Source of the DNA: Octopus sinensis
Taxonomy: Eukaryota
Direction: 5' to 3'
Assembly (NCBI RefSeq): GCF_006345805.1
Contig: NC_043005.1
Location: forward strand, 36,270,001 to 36,334,000
Length of the DNA: 64,000 nt
Part shown: piece after piece, positions 27,567 through 39,665 of the stretch
Layout: each line of letters begins with the position of its first letter
How positions within the stretch are numbered: the first letter of the stretch is position 1
Translations under genes and position numbers: made by a program
Notes under the pieces: model-generated
What the model saw: only the letters and a program-made list of their open reading frames with translations
The model's database searches: none
Told to the model about the DNA's origin: nothing

Positions 27567-27625
<59 letters not shown>

Positions 27626-27769
27626 TTTCTTTTATTGGTCACAAGAGTCCGAGATACTGAGGAAACAGAAAAAAGGTGGAATAAAATACGCAAAAGAATG
27701 AAATTTTCATCGATGTAAACACATAACAAGACATAAAACATATAATGATAATGATAATATTGATAGTTT

Positions 27770-27985
27770 GAAAATCTTTTTCAAAAGTCTAGCAATTTCG
27801 GGGGCGGGGATAAGTCGATTACATGCATCCCACTGCTCAACTATTACTTATTTTATCGACCCCGAAAGGATAAGAGGCAATGTCAACTTCGACGGAATTT
27901 GAATTCAGAACGAAAGCAAGGACGAAATGCCGGTAAGAATTTAAGAATTTTGGACGGTACCTTAACAATTTTGCCAACTTGCCGA
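27770..27985 (-). mobile_element. SINE family B, degenerate
   Basis: AAGTCGATTAC..TTATCGACCCCGAAAGGAT core. Confidence 0.7.
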
Positions 27986-28110
27986 AAAAAAATGCCCGGA
28001 GTTTTATCGTGGCTACCGAATAATTGTCACAAATTATATTTACAGATAAATTCCTCTATTTACATATTATCGAGGTCTCTTTCATTTTTTTGTTGTCTTA
28101 CCATTTCTAT

Positions 28111-28385
<275 letters not shown>

Positions 28386-28982
28386 GGCGCAGGTGTGTCT
28401 GTGTGGTAAGAAGCTATAGGCGCAGGCGTGGCTGTGTGGTAAGAAGATTAGGTTATTATTTAAATATTCAACCGGTTTGACAGATTTCTTTGATTTTCAA
28501 AAGTTGAGATAGAAAGATATGGAGCTATGCTGCATAAAATACAGAATAGACAACACAGCAGGGCTCTCATTGTTTACATTTTCGAAATTGTTCTATTTAT
28601 TTCGAAACATGTCAAAAATGGAGCCTTTGCTTTACTGTTGTTTTTTCCAGCCACAAGTCGCATTGTGCGCACGCACTCTCTCTCATTGACGATTCGTGAC
28701 GCTCCTCACTCTCTCCCCCTCTCTCACATATGAGTTTCACCGTGTTTTATTGTGTCTTCTCCATGTTGGTGGGGAAAATGCAAACAACCATGCTTAAAAA
28801 ACGAAATCAATTGACATGTCCCCCCTAACTGGGGAACGAAACAGGAAAATAAACTAACCACTCGACAGCAAATAACTTTTCTACGATAGTATAGATGTGA
28901 AAGGTGAAAATATACTATTGAGTGCTTTTTCTTTATAAAATTTACGGTGTAAGGTCAAGCGCGGCTTACCAGGCTGACGGCC

Positions 28983-29034
<52 letters not shown>

Positions 29035-29483
29035 TAATAATGATAATAATAATGATAATAATAATGATGATGATGATGAAGATAATAGTAATGCTGATGC
29101 TGATGTTGATGATGATGGGAATGAGGATGAAGATGAGGAAGAGAAGAAGAAGAGGAGCAGTTTCTAGATAGTTTAATGAAATCCACGTGCTGATCAGATA
29201 TATTTTGCTATCAATACAAAGATGAGCGGTAGAGATGGTCGTCCTAGAGTCGGTGTGAACTCATAAAAAAAGGTGTTCTAACTAAAAGCAAGGCATTATA
29301 TTCAGTATTCTAGGAACACTCCCATTCACAGCTTTCACAGAGAGTTAATAATGGCGTGCAGAAGCATGCTGGAATGGAAAAATTGCTTTAGCTGGTGAAT
29401 GGAAATCACTGTCATGTGAAAAATGTGTTCATCATGCTGTATATATATATATATATATATGCTAAGAACGAAATAATGCTACT

Positions 29484-29514
<31 letters not shown>

Positions 29515-29567
29515 ATGATAATAATAATAATAATATAATAATAATAATAAAATAATAATAATAATAA

Positions 29568-29620
<53 letters not shown>

Positions 29621-29649
29621 CAATAATAATATAATAATAATAATAGAAA

Positions 29650-30360
29650 TACTTTTATTTTGTTTGCGACATGAACATCGGAGGAAGGAATACATAACAA
29701 GGACAGTTTACAATTTGTTGAGAGGTTTACATGAAAAAAACAACAAGTGTCAGAGAGGGAGAAAAAAGGGAGTAATATAAAAAGTATACTTAGTATACAA
29801 AATGTGTGCGCACATGAATCCTGCAGCGCTCCTGATACAGGAGCAGCTCCAGCTATGATCGATCAAAGAATCCCAAAGATCTAGGATTTTCCAGACCTCC
29901 CCACCAAAGCACAAGCCCTCAGTCGTCTGTCGTTCTCCAATCTACAGGTACATACTTAGAGTAGGGCCATTCACCCTAACCATTTTTGCTACAGTCACTC
30001 ATCTTTTCACAACTTCACGAAGTAACATTCCCTGTCTACTTTCATTTTCCTTTCCTTTAAAAGGTCGATGAAGGCCTGACCGAAGAGGAAGGTGTCTTTC
30101 CTCGATCATTTCAATCTCGTACACCACAAAACCTCCTTCGACATAGCCGCTTGACAGGGGAACACCACCTGCCTTGTCTTTTTAAAAGTGGGTGGTCAGT
30201 GGATCGTAATGGTAGACTTGGCTGATAATCAGATTCGTCCTATGTGTGACAAGAGCTGTTCGACATAACCCCACATGTCAGCAATACTCAGACACTGCAA
30301 ATGTGCTTGCAGTACGATTTCGTCGCTGTACAGTATATCTCGAACGGCATTCGTCCTACT
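29650..30360 (-). mobile_element. Tx1/L1-clade LINE 3' fragment
   Basis: Reverse complement parallels 38050-38400 (TATGTCGAACAGCT, GACACCTTCCTCTTC, GTGACTGTAGCAAAAATGG); AATAAAA near the 3' end. Confidence 0.6.
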
Positions 30361-31054
30361 CGCAATAAAAGCTTTTTATGATTAATAACTGTTATCAGCT
30401 CTGTTAAGATTTTAGCTAAACAAATAAGTATAGACGTAAGCAAGTTCTAAGATACAAACCCCGCCACCAATAATCGTTCTCTCTGAGTATTTCTTCACCT
30501 TGAATATTTGTGCATGTGTTGTACAAATTATATTTAATTTGGGCAAAATATTTTCTTATTGTAATCTGAATTTAATCATAAATAATAAAACAGTTTAGTA
30601 AATTTATAGATTGAGAACCGAAAGAAAAGCTGCTGTAGATAAAAGAATACACATTACAGCATTAGACGTTCAATAATAAAGACTCTACATAACAATATCG
30701 GAACTTCGTTACAATATCCGCCTAAAATGCAACGTTCCTTTGTCAGAGCTTGTATGTATCTCTGAGCGTGCGGAGGGAATTTAGTCTACACTGAAGCATT
30801 AAAAACGAGCGAGTTCAAGAGTGAATTTGAATTTATAGACGGAATCACACACACACACAAACTCACTGCTCGTAACTCCTATACATACTTAGACACAGAC
30901 ATGTACGCAAATGCATGCGCGTGCGCACATACACCATCTTTTTCTCTCTCTTTCGTTCAATCTCTCTTTCTCTCTGTCACACACACGCACACACCTATAC
31001 AAACGTCCTCTCTCCCTCTCTCTCTGTATACATATATTTATGCTTCAGTTATTT

Positions 31055-31403
31055 TATGCGGCCATGCTGGAGCACCACCTTTTTAGTCGAACAAATCGAC
31101 ACCAGGAAATTTTTCTTTGTAAGCCTAGTACTTATTCCATCGGTATCTTTTGCCGAAGTTACACACCAACAGCGGTTGTCAAACGATGGTGTGGGGACAA
31201 ACAAACACACACACACACACACACACATACATATACATATATACGACGGGCTCTTTTCAGTTTCTGTCTTCCAAATCCACTCACAAGGATTTGGTCGGCC
31301 CAAGGCAATAGCAGAAGACATATGCCCAAGGTGCTACGCAGTGGTACTGAACCCGGAATCATGTGGTTGGGAAGCAAGCTTCTTATCACACAGCCACGCC
31401 TGC
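31055..31403 (-). mobile_element. SINE family A, full-length
   Basis: Head GGCAGGCGTGGCTGTGTG..GGGTTCAGTACC, internal TG tract, tail GGTGCTCCAGCATGGCCGCA. Confidence 0.85.
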
Positions 31404-31422
31404 CCCTATATACATACATATA

Positions 31423-31728
31423 TCACGTGATCACGTGACTGACCAGAACATCAGATGTTACTACACATCGCTGGTCACAATGCGCTTCGCATTGTTTTAG
31501 CCTTCGAATGACGCCACCCCGCTGGCTTAGCGAGCAGGCCAACAGAAGAAAGAGTAAAAGAAAGAGTGGTGAAAGAGTACAGCAGGGGATCACCCCACCC
31601 CTGCCGGAGCCTCGTGGAGCTTTTAGATGTTTTCGCTCAATAAACACACACAACGCCTGGTCTAGGAATCGAAACCGCGATTCTACGACCACGAGCCCGC
31701 TGCCCTAACCACTGGGCCATTGCGCCTC

Positions 31729-31730
<2 letters not shown>
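31423..31730 (-). mobile_element. tRNA-derived SINE, family C2
   Basis: Head GGAGGCGCAATGGCCCAGTGGTTAGGG..GTTTCGATTCC; body differs from C1; ends in CACGTGAT repeats. Confidence 0.8.
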
Positions 31731-31781
<51 letters not shown>

Positions 31782-31798
31782 GTATGTGTGTGTGTGTG

Positions 31799-31844
<46 letters not shown>

Positions 31845-32504
31845 CACACACGCATAATACAAATATATGCAGGTGTGTGCTTTGTGTGTGGGCGTGTGTT
31901 TATGTATTTATATCTGCAAGTAGATATTCCATCGCGATAACGTTTTAATCCCAGCAGACTTGAATGCCTCTCTTAATGATAGGGTACAGTGAATAAGAAA
32001 CTTGACTGGAGTCCCGCCTGTTATGTCTTACTACATCTATTCTGTAGACTTTATTATCGTTTCCATACCCATGGGACCAGCTTCTAATTGAAAATAATCG
32101 ATTGTATAGGGTAGATCAAACAGCTATCTCTTCGACTGGCAACTTCCATTGAAAGAAAAGGAAAAGGAAAGAATCGTCAGATCCTAATACCTGTTCGCAC
32201 TTGCGTTATTTATGTCAGATAACATAAGGTGTCATTGCTTACGAGACAAAGTCTGTCGGGGGAGGGGAGATATCTTCTTTCCAAAAAGTAACCTACTAAA
32301 CACTGCTGTTAGTATTGGAGATTATATTATCGTAAAATGTCTTCAGTAACGAGGAATAACTGGCCTTAGACAAGTGTATAGATCCTCCTCCTACTACTAC
32401 TCGCCCTACCACACCTCCCCCTCCTCTTCCTCACCTCCTCCTTCTTTTCTTCTTCCCTCCTGTTCATCATTACTATTATATTTATTATTAATATTACTAT
32501 TATA

Positions 32505-32880
32505 AGGCGGCGAGCTGGCAGAAACGTTAGCACGCCGGGCGTATCTCGTCTGCCGTTACGTTCTGAGTTCAAATTCCGCCGAGGTCGACTTTGCCTTTCA
32601 TCCTTTCGGAATCGATAAATTAAGTACCAGTTACGCACTGGGGTCGATATAATCGACTTAATCTGTTTGTCTGTCCTTGTTTGTCCTGTCTGTGTTTAGA
32701 CCCCTTGTGGGTAGTAAAGAAATAGGTATTTCGTCTAAGTCCAAATTCCCCCGGTGTCGAGTTTGCCTTTCACCCTTTCGTGGTGGATAAATCAAATACC
32801 AGTGAAACACTGGGGTCGATGTAATCAACTTATCCCCTCTCCTAAAATGTCAGGCCTTGTACCTGTAGAAGAAAGGATTA
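32505..32880 (+). mobile_element. SINE family B, head plus two body units
   Basis: Full B copy to ~32725, then AATAGGTATTTCGTCT junction and a second body. Confidence 0.85.
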
Positions 32881-32892
32881 ATGTTATTAAGA

Positions 32893-33102
32893 AGGCGGTG
32901 AGCTGGCAGAATCGTTAACACGCCGGGCGATATTCTCAGCGGAAATTCGCCCGTCGCTCTGTTCTAAATTCAAATCTGCCGAGGTTGACTTGCCTTTCAT
33001 CCTTTCGGTGTCGATAAAATAAGTACTAGTTGAGCATTGGGGTCGAAATAATCGAGCTATCCCCTTCTCCGAAATCGTTGGCCTTGCGCCAGAATTTGAA
33101 AG
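32893..33102 (+). mobile_element. SINE family B
   Basis: GGCGGTGAGCTGGCAGAATCGTTA head and core. Confidence 0.8.
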
Positions 33103-33124
33103 CATTATTATTGTTGTTGTTATT

Positions 33125-33530
33125 TTCCTTTTTAACTCAGGTTGTGTTGAAACTCTTGGAGCCCTGCATGCGTAGCGGGCTTTCTAACTGTAGCTTACAG
33201 TGCTTTTCTCTTTGTTCTTTTCAGCAATGTAATACTTTTCTGTTTGATTCTGGTCATGTAAAGGAGGTAAATGTTTTGTAACAGCTCTACTAGACACTCT
33301 ATTCTGATGTTATTTATATTCATTTTGATGCCCTCGAACACTATCCCTAAGGACTGCACAATAATTAGCACTATCTTTACCTTCTTCATTTTCTATAGTT
33401 GGGCTATTTCGTATTTAACAGGATTGTATATGTCTATTTTTTCCCTTCCTTCTTGACTATTCATGAATGAAAAGGGTACGCACAATTAATTATACAGCAC
33501 TTATGGTTCAACTTGTTCACCATCAATAGC
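33125..33530 (-). mobile_element. Dong/R4 family F 3' fragment, minus strand
   Basis: MKKVKIVLIIV.SLG..ELLQ; 3' UTR AAGCCCGCTACGCATG matches 3636-3651; 3' end abuts ATT/GTT repeats, i.e. AAT on its sense strand. Confidence 0.8.
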
Positions 33531-33544
33531 ATGCTGATGAGAAT

Positions 33545-33930
33545 TCAACGCAGATGGGTAGGACTTTTTTGTTCGAATGAAAAATGACCACATTCCGAAA
33601 ATTCTTCGGTATGGCCAACAAGTGGAGGGATATCGTGGCAAAGGAAGAGCTGTTCCTACGTATAAGGATAAGTTGAAGCAATCACCAAAATCTCTACAGC
33701 TTAACGTAACATATTGGCAAAGTCGTCGCCTAAATCAATCTGTATGGCGTAAAAAGATCACGATGCATCCTAACAATTTGTGTTAAATAGAACTACAGCA
33801 CGCAACAGACACACGTGCCCCCACTCCCACTCCAAGCAACATCAAAATAGTCAGTGTTCCCATTGTGACGTCATATCAAAATCCATGCCTGGACTCAAAT
33901 TACATTCACGGATCCATCGCAAATAGATGT
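33545..33930 (+). mobile_element. RTE-clade LINE 3' fragment
   Basis: RWVG..RMKNDHIPK.L.YG...G.R..G....YKD.LK..WR followed by a C.HC..GL..H..IH finger. Confidence 0.7.
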
Positions 33931-34328
33931 AGCTTCGTAGTGCTGTTTCTCTTTCTATTACTCTCTTTAACTTTAAGTCTTCTCCAAACACTGATACGTT
34001 GAAACCAACGGGAGCGACCATTATTAGTATACTTATTATGTACTTTTAATCTGCATGTTTGTCACAATCACTTGCCAAGACACATCCAGCATCCTAGGGC
34101 AGGTGAAGGATAAGAGATGTTACAGTATGACAGAAAGCTTGGGGAGGGGAAGTGGCAGGGGCAGTTGCGACATACCTTCATGTAATACAACACAGACATT
34201 TAAATTGATAGGGGCTTTCTAAGGATGTAGGCAGTACTTGTCAGCACAATCTTTTGGATTTCTCTGAGACATGGTTCTCCTGGGATGCTATCCAGATGTT
34301 TCTGACATCATTTTTATCATACCTATTA

Positions 34329-34722
34329 GGCGGCGAGCTGGCAGAAATGTTAGCACGCTGGGCAAAATGCTTAGAGGTATTTCGTCTGCCGTTACGTTGT
34401 GAGTTCAAATTCCGCCGAGGTTGACTTTGCCTTTCATCCTTTCGGGGTCGATAAATTAAGTACCAGTTACGCACTGGGGTCGATATAATCGACTTAATAC
34501 CTATGTCTGTCCTTGTTTGTCCCCTCTATGTTTATCCCCCTGTGGGTAATAAAGAAATAGGTATTTCGTCTGTTGCTATGTTCTGCGTTCAAATTCCGGC
34601 AAGGTCGACTTTTCCTTTCACTCTTTCGGGGTCAATATATTAAGAACCAGTTGAGTACTGGGGTTAGTGTAATCGACTCATCCCCTGTACCCAAATCACT
34701 GCTCTTGTTTCAAAATTTGAAA
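34329..34722 (+). mobile_element. SINE family B, head plus two body units
   Basis: Same AATAGGTATTTCGTCT junction at ~34556. Confidence 0.85.
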
Positions 34723-35059
34723 TCATTATCATCATCATCATCATCAAAAGAACGCAATTTGTTACAGAACACTCACTGACCTTGTTTATTGAACTGAACA
34801 ATATTTCTACAGTGTTTCTATTTTCTTGACAAAAATAAGGAAAAAGGTAAAAATTCAAATATTCAACTGAACTATCATGCAGTCCTTTAAAGACAAAAAG
34901 ATGTCATCAAGTTTTACATCTGGTTAAAAACAAAAAAAGTAATGAAAAAGAAATAAGGCAAAAAGAATGTACTTAGTCAAATAGTTATTTTGCTCACCGC
35001 TTTGGAGTGTCATGCTTGTAACTCGCAGTTATATTTTTCAACATAAAATTTCAGATAAT

Positions 35060-35232
35060 ACAGTTCTATATTTAAGGGATGAGGAATTATGTACATTATT
35101 TACATTTGATGGATATTTGTTCTCATCTTGTTTGTTGTTAACACGACGTTTCGGCTGATATACCCTCCAGGCTTCATCAGGTGTCTTGGGGGAATTTCGA
35201 ACCTGGGTTCTCATTGCTAAGGTATTTTCCGA

Positions 35233-35236
<4 letters not shown>
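35060..35236 (-). mobile_element. Hammerhead mini-element, full-length inverted copy
   Basis: Reverse complement matches 9951-10126. Confidence 0.85.
35140..35185 (-). ncRNA. Minimal hammerhead ribozyme motif with GUC cleavage triplet
   Basis: GACAC-CTGATGA-A-GCCTG(GAGGGTATAT)CAGCC-GAAA-CG-TC-GTGTT; one mismatch in stem II relative to the GGCTG/CAGCC consensus. Confidence 0.7.
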
Positions 35237-35293
<57 letters not shown>

Positions 35294-35301
35294 ACAATAA
35301 T

Positions 35302-35432
35302 ATCGAAAACTACCTGAGGAATGAGAACCCAGGTTCGAAATTTCCTCAAGACACTTGATGAAGCTGGAGGGTATATCAGCCGAAACGTTGTGTCAACAAC
35401 AAACAAGATAAGGACAAATATCCGTCAACTGT
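35302..35432 (+). mobile_element. Hammerhead mini-element, 3'-truncated copy
   Basis: Core mutated to TTGATGA; stem I GACAC/GTGTC perfect; inverted relative to 35060-35236 across an (ATT)n spacer. Confidence 0.8.
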
Positions 35433-36616
35433 ATATGAAATTTCAGTGGACTCAGAATATTTTCTCAGAATGTCATTTGTCAGAAAATGCTTACAAAGTT
35501 CTGTCGAAGCAGCGTTAATGTACCTAACATCATGCCAATATCCATTAAATCTTTTGTTTAAGCTTTCTGTGGCGCAACTTGCATAAAGCGAGTGATACTT
35601 ATTGCATTCAGCTGCGTACACAAAATGTTAATCGTTAAAAGGCTATGAATTCAACATAAATCATAAGGTGTCTGTTAGAATTCGTGATGGAGTTAGCCTA
35701 GCTCAAACTGTTACATAGGACATACTTCTCTTGCGACTGTTTTTAGGGCTACAAGATTCAGAAAATCCATCGGGGTTTTGATTACAACCAGAGGCACCAA
35801 TTGATATTTTTTTTTATATTCGTGTTGCTTCTAAAGGCAAAAATAGGCGGATGAGGAAATTCTTCTTTGAAACGAAGATATTTTTGTGAAAGATGTTGAT
35901 GACTGCTGTGCAACACTGCCTGCGAAATTTCAGTGCCAGTTAATTTCTAAATAAATTCGACCAGAAGTGTTACTTTGACTGCTATAATTAGGCTAAAAGT
36001 TTTACACGCATAGTTAATTTTAATTGTATTATTTGGGATTTACTTCAATCATGATTCACTATAACCACGTTCAGTATCCTTTGCATGTTTCCAGTAATCC
36101 TCTTTATTGGCACAAATCCGTTTTATTCTAAAAAATTGTGACTTTTGATTTGACTTAATTGTATGGTGTGAAAATAAATGTGGGATGACGTGGGTTTGCA
36201 AAATATCTGACACTATGCGACCCTCTGAAAATTTAACTTTTGCGTCCGAAATGTTGACACTAGATTTTAGTAATCTGTACGAGATGTTTATGAAGGATTA
36301 AAACCATAATTTTGTACCAAGCTGCTACAGAAATTGATAAATTCAGTTTCACTACCCTATCATCCTTCCAAGTTAAAAAAAGACGTCATCAATAAACTGT
36401 AACAAGAATATCGGTTCATGACCGTGCAGTAATTTGAATGCCTCCATTAAATGTAGCTCAAAATTCGTCATACAGACGTTAGCAAAATAAACTGTCGTGA
36501 GGGAATCCATCCATTAATTTATCCATTGATCCATCCATCCATACATGTTGTTGTTGTTGTTGTTATTATCATTATTATTATTATTATCATTATTATTATT
36601 ATTATTATTATTATTA

Positions 36617-36790
36617 AAGCTTTGAACTGGTAGGATCTTTAGCATGCCGGGCAAGATGCTTAGCGGTAATTCGTGCGTTCTCATGTTCAAATTTTGCTGA
36701 GGTCGACTTTACCTTTCATCCTTCCATGGTCGATATAATAGGTACCAGTTGAAAACTGGGGTCAAAGTAATTGACTCACCTCCTCCCCGA
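36617..36790 (+). mobile_element. SINE family B, degenerate
   Basis: GAGGTCGACTTTACCTTTCATCCTT core. Confidence 0.7.
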
Positions 36791-36799
36791 TCTGGAGGG

Positions 36800-38640
36800 A
36801 GCTGTGAAAGCAGATAACTTCAGCCGAAATTCAGGACTTGTCGGCTGCTCGAGGCGCAAGTCACCCGATTTAGATTGTCTGCCCTACTAGCTTTACGTAA
36901 ATATACCAGACTTGTTCGTTCTCCGATCTCCTCGACGCGCTCTACTGCAACTGGAAGCAGAATAGGAGTATTTCCAGTTCTGTGAAAGAAAGACAACAAC
37001 AAGAGGGATACATTAGATAACTTCAGGCTCTGCTTAATACAGAGCTTAAGATTTTGGATGTGTTAGCAAAGAGGTTTGCGCTTATCATCGGGGATTGGTA
37101 GGGGAAGCGGAAATCTGCGCAATCTCGACCAGGTCCATACACGACAACCTCCACCTCATGCGATATATCATGGAAAGTGTAGGGTGTAAATCTGGCTTCG
37201 GTGGGGTGCAGATCAATTTATATCAATCGAAAGCATTTGTTAGGGTCAACCATCGGTATTTGGAGGCTGTCCTCAAAGCGGCTGATTTCGGCTCCCTCTT
37301 CAGAGGCTGGATCTCTGCAATGCACAACGGCATCTGCTCGGTGGTCAAAGTTAATGACCACCTCTCGGAACCGTTTCAGATCTTCCCATAAGTCCGTCAA
37401 GGATGCCCTCTCTCCTCCCTTCTGCACGTATCGACACTTTGGTGTGCCTGACAGTTGTGCCTTGCTCCAGTTCGCGCCTCGCCAAGCTGGAGTGCTTTTT
37501 CTTCAAATTCTTGTGGAGAGGACTGGTTCTAGTAGTGAGGCGGTCTATCTGCTGCCAATACCCTCTACACGGAGGGCAGGGCATGCCGTGGCTAATGATG
37601 CGCTTAGGCTGTCACATCTCCTGATATTCTGCCTAAAAGGTGAACAGGTGTGGTCACCGTTTGTCAAACAGGCCTTTCCATAGCCCGTCTCCTTGACTGA
37701 GCTGCAGTCCTGGATCAAGAAGAGACCGAGATAGGGTGACTGGCATCGGGAATATTGCCAGGCATTCACTGCCCTCTACCAGTCTGGCAATGTGATCAGT
37801 GGAACATCCAATCTTGAGTTCTATAGAGGGTTAGTGGAGGGAAAGGGTGATGACGCACTCGGAGAGGCGCTAGGTGTCAACGAAGTCGAACTGACCAGTC
37901 TGTTCAGAAGGATTTTCGAGCTGGGGATGATGGATAACTTCCAGAAATCTCTAGCTTTGCAGTGCTACCGGGGAAGGGGGCACTGCCGGTTCGAGATAAA
38001 ATCTACAAGCACGGAAGTGCTGTCAGACGTACCAACCCGAGATGCGCGCAGAGCGACGAAATCATTCTGCACGCACGCGTCCAGTGTCTGTGCATTACTG
38101 ACTTGTAGAGTTATGTTGAACAGCTTTTATCACGTGTAGGACGGAAGAGCAGGCAATTTTCCTCTGTCTGACAGCAGTAGCGAAAGAAGTTGTATGGTGG
38201 ACCAGGTTGAAAGGACTGAAGATAGACACTTTTCTCTTCAGCCATTCCCTCATCAACTTTTCCAAATTTCACTTAGAAGGGAATATGCGGGTGGAGAACA
38301 AAATGCTGTTCCTCAGTACATTTGCTAAAAGGTGAGTGAATGTAGCGAAAACGGCCCGTGTGAGTGGGCCTACTGTAATAATGCGCCCGTAGGTTAGTGA
38401 ATTTGAGAGGGAGAAGGGTGTCCTTCTCGGATGCTCTCGAAGCGTCGAGTGGTTCAGCATTGGTGGGGTACCTGAGCCAACCCCAGGTGGTTACCCCCAA
38501 GTGGGGAACTTTCATTGTTGCATTCTTCTTGTTTGGTATCATTGTTATGGTTTTAATTGTGTACTTGTTTTGCATAAAATCCCCACTGTTCACATCTACC
38601 GTAATGTCCTCTATATGTCGGCCCTGGTGACCAATAAAGG
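36800..38640 (+). mobile_element. Tx1/L1-clade LINE, decayed RT and 3' end
   Basis: NFR, RSIHDNLHLMR, INLYQSKAF.RVNH.YL, SVRQGCPLS, FFKFLW.G, GGQGMP; AATAAA at 38632 then (AAT)n. Confidence 0.8.
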
Positions 38641-38641
38641 A

Positions 38642-38734
<93 letters not shown>

Positions 38735-38749
38735 TATTACTATTATTAC

Positions 38750-38799
<50 letters not shown>

Positions 38800-38830
38800 T
38801 ATTATTATTAGTAGTAGTAGTAGTAGTAGT
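38641..38830. repeat. (AAT)n directly abutting (ATT)n, then (AGT)n
   Basis: Direct inspection. Confidence 0.95.
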
Positions 38831-39254
38831 TGTAGTAGATGTAGTAAACGTCTGCCAATTTCTGATAGTGATACACATTATCAATCAACTTCGTCTAAGC
38901 TTTCACAAACGTCTCCAGTTAAAACCAAAATCAACAAACAGGAATGTCAAAGCATCTCAAGAAGTAAATAATATCTCTTGTTATTTAAAATTTTTTTCCC
39001 ACTTCCAAGCAGATACAAGCAGAGTAATAGCGATGCATGCAGTGATAGCGTACCATAACATGTTAACAAGCCGGGGGAGATATTGAATACGTTATTTGAA
39101 CCTCCACGGTACGCAACCAACCCGGAAATGAAAACTGGAAGATATTATTAAAGGAACATGACATCTAGTGAGGTGTGTATAAAGAATGTGTATAAATGTG
39201 TGAATGAGTGTGTGTATGTATGTGGAAAATGTTCATTTTGTTTTCTTCTATTTG

Positions 39255-39665
39255 TTTTAGTCATTGGACTGCGGCCATGCTAGGGTACCACAAAGCGACT
39301 ACAGTTCGTATTTTTATTTGAGTCTGGTACTGATTCTATCGCTTACATTCACCAAACCGCCAAGTTATAGGGACGTAGAAAACGAAAACCGGTTGTTAGT
39401 CAGCAGTAAAGTGAGTGACAAACATAGATCTAAAATACAAACACACACGTCCATACACGCACACACACGTGCACACATACACACACACACACGCACACAC
39501 ACACATGCAAACACCCACCCACACACACGACACACACACTATAGATTTCCACACAGTTTCCATCTTCCCTTATTCAGTGACAAGGCATTGTGCATTGGTG
39601 CCGAGCCGTGAAACTGAACCAGAAACCTTGTGGTTGCAAATCAAGTTTCTTAACCATACAGACAT
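39255..39665 (-). mobile_element. SINE family A, degenerate
   Basis: GACTGCGGCCATGCT tail and ACTGAACC..AACC head remnants. Confidence 0.6.

Larger units (their letters stand above)
34950..36510 (-). mobile_element. Penelope-like element ORF remnant (RT to GIY-YIG), interrupted at 35055-35434
   Basis: YFANVCMTNFE, P..LQFIDDVF (RT catalytic motif), FPHPPIFAFRSNTNIK, YAAEC..LY....SLNKRFNGY..ELCKHF. Confidence 0.8.

Noticed and set aside
28922-29167. Acidic N/D/E-rich ORF
   Set aside because: Translation of an AAT-GAT-GAA microsatellite gradient
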